Shown: in pieces, positions 12,001 to 21,900 of the stretch | Layout of the letters: each line of letters begins with the position of its first letter | Numbering within the stretch: position 1 is the stretch's first letter | NCBI GenBank assembly: GCA_964057225.1 | Contig: OZ059896.1 | Location: 19,778,001-19,842,000, forward strand | Origin: Auanema rhodensis | Taxonomy: Eukaryota; Animalia; Nematoda | Direction: 5' to 3' | DNA: 64,000 nt | Notes under the pieces: generated by a model | What the model saw: only the letters and a program-made list of their open reading frames with translations | Told to the model about the DNA's origin: nothing | Database searches by the model: none | Made by a program: the position numbers and the translations under genes

Positions 12001-12424
12001 GAATGCACAAATAATATTGATAAGTCCTATTGCAAGATTTGATGACAACACATTCTTTGATAGCATGCGAACATGGCAAAAAGTACATGAATGTTTTGCC
12101 GCAGAATGCACAACACGTTATGATAAGTTATGGATACAATATATAGGCTGTCGAGGTGATGACGTTGCTTTAGTAACGCACTATTGGTTTGCTGGTGGGC
12201 CACTGCCTTATCAGAAAACATCTGATCGTATTTTGTACGAACATGTTAAGAGTTTTTTAACCATGCTACAGAAAAAACTACTATCGTTAGGAGTTTCGTC
12301 TATGTTAAATAGAATGGAGAAACGAAAACAAACTCATATAATGAACAAAACCTTTGAAAAGAACACAAACAGAACTCTACACAAAACGTTCAAACCATAT
12401 AGCCAATTCAAAAAACAGTACTGA
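6095..12424 (+). CDS. gag-pol: Gag-Pol polyprotein with C-terminal extension (2109 aa, single frame)
   Basis: CCHC knuckle CYICNKKGHSAAQC; protease LIDTGSQIS; RT motifs WASPVVLV, RLCIDYRELN, FDLSSGFWQI, PFGL, YIDD, YLGH; RNase H TDA..., ELALAIV-like EALAIV, KTDHQPL, NVIADALSR; integrase HHCC + D,D-35-E + GPY. Confidence 0.98.
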   Translation: MSIENETFETEQLCEMDFENVFSEVILNSLVNQTFKALEPYNEMIYKEFLEKIRNATEKKRTEQRILKTRNLVKSNLKSEIRKGKTWEFVYSMLLVMNNEGLKKPSDLSDVLKISKKRAEIIKDITDNFQLNENNIVQELLVIHETVKTLCDTFDCNLKELQQRISNSWQFQKSSLNQEDTETAMAEMILDERTRGNSVESAELKTKIKERTVRTHSKEIVEMEPNQQDQHYPYNFRGTSPLHYAGLNAQNDALLEMIRAQMLPDVPYFSNDSLEKWNQFIESFNLKYPKGTLTASSRKMLFVDKLKGEARDRYDELPETIRESSLEVIIEELHKQRVCVKRTSRLDAISSLKTLQYNSNKTLIVFCKKLEETSRKAYPEFPTRKLSFLRAQMLYEALRDCSCAIHLLETIEKSEEDLVYEKVKEIALRCERNKRVYDEQREKGRNSNRILPKLRYEKNHIDTNNYYTNDRNRYVGGIREPPSRREIICYICNKKGHSAAQCFERKKPSNNYPKRIENVEKHYEPGMRNQAEVWNKTIQTCNSITNSELIGEQSLLSMIICEKSKKRVLIDTGSQISVMSSQALVNLMSDGVDLDRSVTQIPWKGDKYIANASGTKMNFVGAISCKVTCLESKKTSNVSFLVQKSREESILLGTNALENLGIILKFYTKEAVALQRVFIPANKSRTLKISCDEQKDSLLVSHRHDVLTGICKVDNNNSTTVIVANMTCQPTTIKKGEIVGEWESENWTEKLTALNDELKTESIDVLEMRMLDQYAKPTDPVGRAEKVIAVLEEKSGVTFEPKVKDLLENYSAIFALVDADLQQTNIVTMNIDTGDASPIRQKVRPVPFGIKNEFRGIIKDLLQRGIIEPSQSAWASPVVLVEKKDKSIRLCIDYRELNKVLKLDAYPIPTIDIILRSMNGKKIFSTFDLSSGFWQIKLSEEDKEKTSFVTSEGSFQFVVCPFGLATSPPTFQRMMDKALGDLLKSNEVFVYIDDIMIATDTFERHFEVMKNVFEALKQANLSLKAVKCKLLQNEVDYLGHKVNGKGIHADPNKIEAILKYPLPNTIAELRTFLGMASYYRKFVLNFAAIAKPMHEMTSEKSKWEWTRERKDAFEILKKKLTQAPVLIQPDWEGANSGKNPYIIYTDACASGVGAVLCQKAKDNFLHPIAFVSKGLSKAEKNYHVTDLEALAIVFALEKFQYYIYNTEKTVVKTDHQPLTCLFKKTASGRMLRWSLMVQRYRITIEYVKGKGNVIADALSRGVPVQDNFDLESDSDIKYICSLQMRDNIAELMMNENYKNIINLRRDEKLTERIFLPKLAHKLFVGDFLIAKENLYYINEKGEKLLVIPPSKRYDIYKEAHEGLFGAHFGPKKIIRSLKRQFFWEGLDSDVRKWHSECKKCFLANNKTKSKPLLQPYRTEKPYELVGIDVMDLGRTTSNNRYVVAVIDHFSKWLGAYAVPDKSAATIADIIVKKWICEGAKWPKQFLSDKGSEFVNKIVEEIKKITKIEWITTMGYNPRQNGITERVNLTIQRALKKAGNSPSEWDKLLPFVTYAYNTTPHEATGESPFFILHGFEPYLVSNIVEPTKPSLVEYELDEYKVDLLEGFRLSRNIAIERNDKEREKFKMYYDKKNCKNIQEFKVGDRVYLKMINEKSKHVNKKLINYLKGPYRIIESYKTSALITEISGKGEPLKIQYDLLIRIPSTIDDKPVETVRRRREIIIKRIHYKNIGEDSSYSKKINFYRNLTIKPKDACHPLYECDGLIQLPDGKRQICSFKTVTYGDLLNNKCPTPLKGIRVRNTFRLAQFLQVMKDPRIWINEKLAHINRMNVHPDVESMADAIILQKQNCLHSKINFSLFENFHITCENPVEFNMSSDDISKAFLIASEKLNRSAKPSDKDLLFVPKRMNAAKDFNFPFGNCITYENLSNDVISKLLTYCNVRYVLIVLPLISEENEADKLIKQLGRLGCALNAQIILISPIARFDDNTFFDSMRTWQKVHECFAAECTTRYDKLWIQYIGCRGDDVALVTHYWFAGGPLPYQKTSDRILYEHVKSFLTMLQKKLLSLGVSSMLNRMEKRKQTHIMNKTFEKNTNRTLHKTFKPYSQFKKQY
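6878..7390 (+). other. Gag capsid-like domain (within the polyprotein)
   Basis: The LPDVPYFS...WNQFIESF...LKGEARDRY...LKTLQY...FCKKLE pattern is typical of retrotransposon Gag capsid and lies upstream of the zinc knuckle. Boundaries approximate. Confidence 0.7.
7559..7600 (+). other. Nucleocapsid zinc knuckle CX2CX4HX4C (aa 489-502)
   Basis: CYICNKKGHSAAQC. Confidence 0.95.
7790..8080 (+). other. Aspartic protease (retropepsin) domain
   Basis: Catalytic DTG at 7805-7813, flap-like ANASG, and C-terminal ILLGTNAL motif. Confidence 0.92.
8600..9235 (+). other. Reverse transcriptase core
   Basis: YIDD at 9065-9076 plus the other conserved gypsy RT blocks. Boundaries approximate. Confidence 0.97.
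9512..9877 (+). other. RNase H (Ty3/gypsy type)
   Basis: IIYTDACASGVGAVL (D at 9530), DLEALAIV, KTDHQPL, VIADALSR. Confidence 0.95.
10145..11200 (+). other. Integrase (HHCC zinc finger, DDE core, GPY/F module)
   Basis: AHEGLFGAH...CKKC; D at 10376, D at 10556 and E at 10664 (D-35-E spacing); FKVGDRVY...KGPYRI with GPY at 11093-11101. Confidence 0.96.
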
Positions 12425-12537
12425 ATTGTCTATTTAAGAGAAAAGCGATGTTCTATCATGAGTTATATATATGTGTTTTTTGTGTTTTTTATTTTTTTGA
12501 ATAAATAATTGTTGAACATCTCGGGACGCGAAGTTTC

Positions 12538-12549
12538 GAAGGGAGGGGA
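12538..12549 (+). promoter_or_regulatory. Polypurine tract GAAGGGAGGGGA
   Basis: All-purine run directly abutting the TGTTA start of the 3' LTR. Confidence 0.92.
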
Positions 12550-12900
12550 TGTTAAGAAATGAGAATATTGTTAAATAGGTTGATTATAGAATATTATGAA
12601 TGATATTTATAACAACAAAATATCATTGAAAATAACATTTAGAAACGATTGGATTCAATTACGATGAAAGAAAAAGAAGATAAAATTAGTCTTCAAAAGA
12701 ATGCTCCCTTGACAACGAAACTACCGTAATCATCTTTTGCAACCAAATTCATAATTTTGGCCTAAAAATTGTATTGTTGTTTTTTCGAAATAAATTAAAG
12801 GCAGTTTGGGATTCTGTTTTTATTTTTTTGTTTGATTATTTCTATTTTTTAATAATAAATCGTTTGCTTATTTGATCTTTTTGTTTCCTCTAATATAACT
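12550..12900 (+). repeat. 3' LTR (351 bp)
   Basis: Direct repeat of 5238-5588, preceded by the PPT and followed by the AAAG TSD. Confidence 0.97.
12789..12859 (+). terminator. Candidate polyadenylation signals in the 3' LTR (AATAAA at 12789-12794 and 12854-12859)
   Basis: Two AATAAA hexamers, each followed by T-rich sequence. Which one is used cannot be told from the sequence. Confidence 0.45.
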
Positions 12901-12904
12901 AAAG
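12901..12904 (+). other. Right target-site duplication AAAG
   Basis: The satellite resumes at monomer position 320. The next monomer starts at 12933 = 5266 + 7663 + 4. Confidence 0.85.
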
Positions 12905-15900
12905 TAGATGTTTTTAGATTCCTTTTTCCAAGGCAAAGACGATGGACAATGTTATTCAACGAAAAAATTAATTCTTCAGGGTGAAAATCGAGGATATAAG
13001 TGTGAACTTATATCAGTTGATATCTCGGTGCATTTTTAAGCTAGCGCAAATCTCATAACACAGATCGACGCAGCTTAAAAATCCGCATCGAATGCACTAT
13101 ACTACATTGAGAAACGCTTAATACAAAAATTAGTTATGATCGTTTTAAAAATGATGCATTAGTGTATGTTGAGTTTCCATGTACACTCAACATTGCTTCC
13201 AAAAACATTTTGACAAAAATTTTTTCGAAAAATTTCAAAATAATTTAGCAAAAAGTAGATGTTTTTAGATTCCTTTTTTCAAGGCAAAGACGATGGACAA
13301 TGTTATTCAACGAAAAAATTAATTCTTCAGGGTGAAAATCGAGGATATAAGTGTGAACTTATATCAGTTGATATCTCGGTGCATTTTTAAGCTAGCGCAA
13401 ATCTCATAACACAGATCGACGCAGCTTAAAAATCCGCATCGAATGCACTATACTACATTGAGAAACGCTTAATACAAAAATTAGTTATGATCGTTTGAAA
13501 AATGATGCATTAGTGTATGTTGAGTTTCCATGTACACTCAGCATTGCTTCCAAAAACATTTTGACAAAAATTTTTTCGAAAAATTTCAAAATAATTTAGC
13601 AAAAAGTAGATGTTTTTAGATTCCTTTTTCCAAGGCAAAGACGATGGACAATGTTATTCAACGAAAAAATTAATTCTTCAGGGTGAAAATCGAGGATATA
13701 AGTGTGAACTTATATCAGTTGATATCTCGGTGCATTTTTAAGCTAGCGCAAATCTGATAACACAGATCGACGCAGCTTAAAAATCCGCATCGAATGCACT
13801 ATACTATATTGAGAAACGCTTAATACAAAAATTAGTTATGATCGTTTGAAAAATGATGCATTAGTGTATGTTGAGGTTCCATGTACACTCAACATTGCTT
13901 CCAAAAACATTTTGACAAAAATTTTTTCGAAAAATTTCAAAATAATTTAGCAAAAAGTAGATGTTTTTAGATTCCTTTTTTCAAGGCAAAGACGATGGAC
14001 AATGTTATTCAACGAAAAAATTAATTCTTCAGGGTGAAAATCGAGGATATAAGTGTGAACATATATCAGTTGATATCTCGGTGCATTTTTAAGCTAGCGC
14101 AAATCTGATAACACAGATCGACGCAGCTTAAAAATCCGCATCGAATGCACTATACTACATTGAGAAACGCTTAATACAAAAATTAGTTATGATCGTTTGA
14201 AAAATGATGCATTAGTGTATGTTGAGTTTCCATGTACACTCAACATTGCTTCCAAAAACATTTTGACAAAAATTTTTTCAAAAAATTTCTAAATAATTTA
14301 GCAAAAAGTAGATGTTTTTAGATTCCTTTTTTCAAGGCAAAGACGATGGACAATTTTTCTCAACGAAAAAATTAATTCTTCAGGGTGAAAATCGAGGATA
14401 TAAGTGTGAACTTATATCAGTTGATATCTCGGTGCATTTTTAAGCTAGCGCAAATCTCATAACACAGATCGACGCAGCTTAAAAATCCGCATCGAATGCA
14501 CTATACTACATTGAGAAACGCTTAATACAAAAATTAGTTATGATCGTTTGAAAAATGATGCATTAGTGTATGTTGAGTTTCCATGTACATTCAACATTGC
14601 TTCCAAAAACATTTTGACAAAAATTTTTTCGAAAAATTTCTAAATAATTTAGCAAAAAGTAGATGTTTTTAGATTCCTTTTTTCAAGGCAAAGACGATGG
14701 ACAATGTTATTCAACGAAAAAATTAATTCTTCAGGGTGAAAATCGAGGATATAAGTGTGAACTTATATCAGTTGATATCTCGGTGCATTTTTAAGCTAGC
14801 GCAAATCTCATAACACAGATCGACGCAGCTTAAAAATCCGCATCGAATGCACTATACTACATTGAGAAACGCTTAATACAAAAATTTGTTATGATCGTTT
14901 GAAAAATGATGCATTAGTGTATGTTGAGTTTCCATGTACATTCAACATTGCTTCCAAAAACATTTTGACAAAAATTTTTTCGAAAAATTTCAAAATAATT
15001 TAGCAAAAAGTAGATGTTTTTAGTTTCCTTTTTTCAAGGCAAAGACGATGGACATTGTTATTCAACGAAAAAATTAATTCTTCAGGGTGAAAATCGAGGA
15101 TATAAGTGTGAACTTATATCAGTTGATATCTCGGTGCATTTTTAAGCTAGCGCAAATCTGATAACACAGATCGACGCAGCTTAAAAATCCGCATCGAATG
15201 CACTATACTACATTGAGAAACGCTTAATACAAAAATTAGTTATGATCGTTTGAAAAATGATGCATTAGTGTATGTTGAGTTTCCATGTACACTCAACATT
15301 GCTTCCAAAAACATTTTGACAAAAATTTTTTCGAAAAATTTCTAAATAATTTAGCAAAAAGTAGATGTTTTTAGATTCCTTTTTTCAAGGCAAAGACGAT
15401 GGACAATGTTATTCAACGGAAAAATTAATTCTTCAGGGTGAAAATCGAGGATATAAGTGTGAACTTATATCAGTTGATATCTCGGTGCATTTTTAAGCTA
15501 GCGCAAATCTCATAACACAGATCGACGCAGCTTAAAAATCCGCATCGAATGCACTATACTACATTGAGAAACGCTTAATACAAAAATTAGTTATGATCGT
15601 TTGAAAAATGATGCATTAGTGTATGTTGAGTTTCCATGTACATTCAACATTGCTTCCAAAAACATTTTGACAAAAATTTTTTCGAAAAATTTCTAAATAA
15701 TTTAGCAAAAAGTAGATGTTTTTAGATTCCTTTTTTCAAGGCAAAGACGATGGACAATGTTATTCAACGAAAAAATTAATTCTTCAGGGTGAAAATCGAG
15801 GATATAAGTGTGAACTTATATCAGTTGATATCTCGGTGCATTTTTAAGCTAGCGCAAATCTCATAACACAGATCGACGCAGCTTAAAAATCCGCATCGAA

Positions 15901-18900
15901 TGCACTATACTACATTGAGAAACGCTTAATACAAAAATTAGTTATGATCGTTTGAAAAATGATGCATTAGTGTATGTTGAGTTTCCATGTACATTCAACA
16001 TTGCTTCCAAAAACATTTTGACAAAAATTTTTTCGAAAAATTTCAAAATAATTTAGCAAAAAGTAGATGTTTTTAGATTCCTTTTTTCAAGGCAAAGACG
16101 ATGGACATTGTTATTCAACGAAAAAATTAATTCTTCAGGGTGAAAATCGAGGATATAAGTGTGAACTTATATCAGTTGATATATCGGTGCATTTTTAAGC
16201 TAGCGCAAATCTCATAACACAGATCGACGCAGCTTAAAAATCCGCATCGAATGCACTATACTACATTGAGAAACGCTTAATACAAAAATTAGTTATGATC
16301 GTTTGAAAAATGATGCATTAGTGTATGTTGAGTTTCCATGTACATTCAACATTGCTTCCAAAAACATTTTGACAAAAATTTTTTCGAAAAATTTCAAAAT
16401 AATTTAGCAAAAAGTAGATGTTTTTAGATTCCTTTTTTCAAGGCAAAGACGATGGACATTGTTATTCAACGAAAAAATTAATTCTTCAGGGTGAAAATCG
16501 AGGATATAAGTGTGAACTTATATCAGTTGATATCTCGGTGCATTTTTAAGCTAGCGCAAATCTGATAACACAGATCGACGCAGCTTAAAAATCCGCATCG
16601 AATGCACTATACTACATTGAGAAACGCTTAATACAAAAATTAGTTATGATCGTTTTAAAAATGATGCATTAGTGTATGTTGAGTTTCCATGTACACTCAA
16701 CATTGCTTCCAAAAACATTTTGACAAAAATTTTTTCGAAAAATTTCAAAATAATTTAGCAAAAAGCAGATGTTTTTAGATTCCTTTTTTCAAGGCAAAGA
16801 CGATGGACAATGTTATTCAACGAAAAAATTAATTCTTCAGGGTGAAAATCTAAGATATAAGTGTGAACTTATATCAGTTGATATCTCGGTGCATTTTTAA
16901 GCTAGCGCAAATCTCATAACACAGATCGACGCAGCTTAAAAATCCGCATCGAATGCACTATACTACATTGAGAAACGCTTAATACAAAAATTAGTTATGA
17001 TCGTTTGAAAAATGATGCATTAGTGTATGTTGAGTTTCCATGTACACTCAGCATTGCTTCCAAAAACATTTTGACAAAAATTTTTTCGAAAAATTTCAAA
17101 ATAATTTAGCAAAAAGTAGATGTTTTTAGATTCCTTTTTTCAAGGCAAAGACGATGGACAATGTTATTCAACGAAAAAATTAATTCTTCAGGGTGAAAAT
17201 CGAGGATATAAGTGTGAACTTATATCAGTTGATATATCGGTGCATTTTTAAGCTAGCGCAAATCTGATAACACAGATCGACGCAGCTTAAAAATCCGCAT
17301 CGAATGCACTATACTACATTGAGAAACGCTTAATACAAAAATTAGTTATGATCGTTTGAAAAATGATGCATTAGTGTATGTTGAGTTTCCATGTACACTC
17401 AACATTGCTTCCAAAAACATTTTGACAAAAATTTTTTCGAAAAATTTCAAAATAATTTAGCAAAAAGTAGATGTTGTTAGATTCCTTTTTTCAAGGCAAA
17501 GACGATGGACAATGTTATTCAACGAAAAAATTAATTCTTCAGGGTGAAAATCGAGGATATAAGTGTGAACTTATATCAGTTGATATCTCGGTGCATTTTT
17601 AAGCTAGCGCAAATCTCATAACACAGATCGACGCAGCTTAAAAATCCGCATCGAATGCACTATACTACATTGAGAAACGCTTAATACAAAAATTAGTTAT
17701 GATCGTTTTAAAAATGATGCATTAGTGTATGTTGAGTTTCCATGTACACTCAACATTGCTTCCAAAAACATTTTGACAAAAATTTTTTCGAAAAATTTCA
17801 AAATAATTTAGCAAAAAGCAGATGTTTTTAGATTCCTTTTTTCAAGGCAAAGACGATGGACAATGTTATTCAACGAAAAAATTAATTCTTCAGGGTGAAA
17901 ATCTAAGATATAAGTGTGAACTTATATCAGTTGATATCTCGGTGCATTTTTAAGCTAGCGCAAATCTCATAACACAGATCGACGCAGCTTAAAAATCCGC
18001 ATCGAATGCACTATACTACATTGAGAAACGCTTAATACAAAAATTAGTTATGATCGTTTGAAAAATGATGCATTAGTGTATGTTGAGTTTCCATGTACAC
18101 TCAGCATTGCTTCCAAAAACATTTTGACAAAAATTTTTTCGAAAAATTTCAAAATAATTTAGCAAAAAGTAGATGTTTTTAGATTCCTTTTTTCAAGGCA
18201 AAGACGATGGACAATGTTATTCAACGAAAAAATTAATTCTTCAGGGTGAAAATCGAGGATATAAGTGTGAACTTATATCAGTTGATATATCGGTGCATTT
18301 TTAAGCTAGCGCAAATCTGATAACACAGATCGACGCAGCTTAAAAATCCGCATCGAATGCACTATACTACATTGAGAAACGCTTAATACAAAAATTAGTT
18401 ATGATCGTTTGAAAAATGATGCATTAGTGTATGTTGAGTTTCCATGTACACTCAACATTGCTTCCAAAAACATTTTGACAAAAATTTTTTCGAAAAATTT
18501 CAAAATAATTTAGCAAAAAGTAGATGTTGTTAGATTCCTTTTTTCAAGGCAAAGACGATGGACAATGTTATTCAACGAAAAAATTAATTCTTCAGGGTGA
18601 AAATCGAGGATATAAGTGTGAACTTATATCAGTTGATATCTCGGTGCATTTTTAAGCTAGCGCAAATCTCATAACACAGATCGACGCAGCTTAAAAATCC
18701 GCATCGAATGCACTATACTACATTGAGAAACGCTTAATACAAAAATTAGTTATGATCGTTTGAAAAATGATGCATTAGTGTATGTTGAGTTTCCATGTAC
18801 ATTCAACATTGCTTCCAAAAACATTTTGACAAAAATTTTTTCGAAAAATTTCAAAATAATTTAGCAAAAAGTAGATGTTTTTAGATTCCTTTTTTCAAGG

Positions 18901-21900
18901 CAAAGACGATGGACATTGTTATTCAACGAAAAAATTAATTCTTCAGGGTGAAAATCGAGGATATAAGTGTGAACTTATATCAGTTGATATCTCGGTGCAT
19001 TTTTAAGCTAGCGCAAATCTGATAACACAGATCGACGCAGCTTAAAAATCCGCATCGAATGCACTATACTACATTGAGAAACGCTTAATACAAAAATTAG
19101 TTATGATCGTTTTAAAAATGATGCATTAGTGTATGTTGAGTTTCCATGTACACTCAACATTGCTTCCAAAAACATTTTGACAAAAATTTTTTCGAAAAAT
19201 TTCAAAATAATTTAGCAAAAAGCAGATGTTTTTAGATTCCTTTTTTCAAGGCAAAGACGATGGACAATGTTATTCAACGAAAAAATTAATTCTTCAGGGT
19301 GAAAATCTAAGATATAAGTGTGAACTTATATCAGTTGATATCTCGGTGCATTTTTAAGCTAGCGCAAATCTCATAACACAGATCGACGCAGCTTAAAAAT
19401 CCGCATCGAATGCACTATACTACATTGAGAAACGCTTAATACAAAAATTAGTTATGATCGTTTGAAAAATGATGCATTAGTGTATGTTGAGTTTCCATGT
19501 ACACTCAGCATTGCTTCCAAAAACATTTTGACAAAAATTTTTTCGAAAAATTTCAAAATAATTTAGCAAAAAGTAGATGTTTTTAGATTCCTTTTTTCAA
19601 GGCAAAGACGATGGACAATGTTATTCAACGAAAAAATTAATTCTTCAGGGTGAAAATCGAGGATATAAGTGTGAACTTATATCAGTTGATATATCGGTGC
19701 ATTTTTAAGCTAGCGCAAATCTGATAACACAGATCGACGCAGCTTAAAAATCCGCATCGAATGCACTATACTACATTGAGAAACGCTTAATACAAAAATT
19801 AGTTATGATCGTTTGAAAAATGATGCATTAGTGTATGTTGAGTTTCCATGTACACTCAACATTGCTTCCAAAAACATTTTGACAAAAATTTTTTCGAAAA
19901 ATTTCAAAATAATTTAGCAAAAAGTAGATGTTGTTAGATTCCTTTTTTCAAGGCAAAGACGATGGACAATGTTATTCAACGAAAAAATTAATTCTTCAGG
20001 GTGAAAATCGAGGATATAAGTGTGAACTTATATCAGTTGATATCTCGGTGCATTTTTAAGCTAGCGCAAATCTGATAACACAGATCGACGCAGCTTAAAA
20101 ATCCGCATCGAATGCACTACACTACATTGAGAAACGCTTAATACAAAAATTAGTTATGATCGTTTGAAAAATGATGCATTAGTGTATGTTGAGTTTCCAT
20201 GTACACTCAACATTGCTTCCAAAAACATTTTGACAAAAATTTTTTCGAAAAATTTCAAAATAATTTAGCAAAAAGTAGATGTTTTTAGATTCCTTTTTTC
20301 AAGGCAAAGACGATGGACAATGTTATTCAACGAAAAAATTAATTCTTCATTGTGAAAATCGAGGATATAAGTGTGAACTTATATCAGTTGATATCTCGGT
20401 GCATTTTTAAGCTAGCGCAAATCTCATAACACAGATCGACGCAGCTTAAAAATCCGCATCGAATGCACTATACTACATTGAGAAACGCTTAATACAAAAA
20501 TTAGTTATGATCGTTTGAAAAATGATGCATTAGTGTATGTTGAGTTTCCATGTACACTCAACATTGCTTCCAAAAACATTTTGACAAAAATTTTTTCGAA
20601 AAATTTCAAAATAATTTAGCAAAAAGTAGATGTTGTTAGATTCCTTTTTTCAAGGCAAAGACGATGGACATTGTTATTCAACGAAAAAATTAATTCTTCA
20701 TTGTGAAAATCGAGGATATAAGTGTGAACTTATATCAGTTGATATCTCGGTGCATTTTTAAGCTAGCGCAAATCTCATAACACAGATCGACGCAGCTTAA
20801 AAATCCGCATCGAATGCACTATACTACATTGAGAAACGCTTAATACAAAAATTAGTTATGATCGTTTTAAAAATGATGCATTAGTGTATGTTGAGTTTCC
20901 ATGTACACTCAACATTGCTTCCAAAAACATTTTGACAAAAATTTTTTCGAAAAATTTCAAAATAATTTAGCAAAAAGTAGATGTTTTTAGATTCCTTTTT
21001 TCAAGGCAAAGACGATGGACAATGTTATTCAACGAAAAAATTAATTCTTCAGGGTGAAAATCGAGGATATAAGTGTGAACTTATATCAGTTGATATCTCG
21101 GTGCATTTTTAAGCTAGCGCAAATCTCATAACACAGATCGACGCAGCTTAAAAATCCGCATCGAATGCACTATACTACATTGAGAAACGCTTAATACAAA
21201 AATTAGTTATGATCGTTTGAAAAATGATGCATTAGTGTATGTTGAGTTTCCATGTACACTCAGCATTGCTTCCAAAAACATTTTGACAAAAATTTTTTCG
21301 AAAAATTTCTAAATAATTTAGCAAAAAGTAGATGTTTTTAGATTCCTTTTTTCAAGGCAAAGACGATGGACAATGTTATTCAACGAAAAAATTAATTCTT
21401 CAGGGTGAAAATCGAGGATATAAGTGTGAACTTATATCAGTTGATATCTCGGTGCATTTTTAAGCTAGCGCAAATCTCATAACACAGATCGACGCAGCTT
21501 AAAAATCCGCATCGAATGCACTATACTACATTGAGAAACGCTTAATACAAAAATTAGTTATGATCGTTTGAAAAATGATGCATTAGTGTATGTTGAGTTT
21601 CCATGTACACTCAACATTGCTTCCAAAAACATTTTGACAAAAATTTTTTCGAAAAATTTCAAAATAATTTAGCAAAAAGTAGATGTTTTTAGATTCCTTT
21701 TTTCAAGGCAAAGACGATGGACAATGTTATTCAACGAAAAAATTAATTCTTCAGGGTGAAAATCGAGGATATAAGTGTGAACTTATATCAGTTGATATCT
21801 CGGTGCATTTTTAAGCTAGCGCAAATCTGATAACACAGATCGACGCAGCTTAAAAATCCGCATCGAATGCACTACACTACATTGAGAAACGCTTAATACA

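Larger units (their letters stand above)
5238..12900 (+). mobile_element. Full-length intact Ty3/Gypsy LTR retrotransposon (Cer1-like, probably nematode), 7663 bp
   Basis: Two direct 351-bp LTRs, PBS, PPT, TSD, and a single ORF with domain order PR-RT-RH-IN (gypsy order) ending in a GPY/F module. Confidence 0.98.

Noticed and set aside
8092-12221. Nine short minus-strand ORFs (60-94 aa) in the ORF track
   Set aside because: All lie antisense within the long ORF and have no recognisable motifs. They are expected shadows of a coding strand.
11230-12424. Calling the C-terminal extension an env gene (RRRR as a furin site)
   Set aside because: No signal peptide or transmembrane anchor; hydrophobic runs are only ~6-11 aa. 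RRRR is more plausibly an NLS or basic linker.
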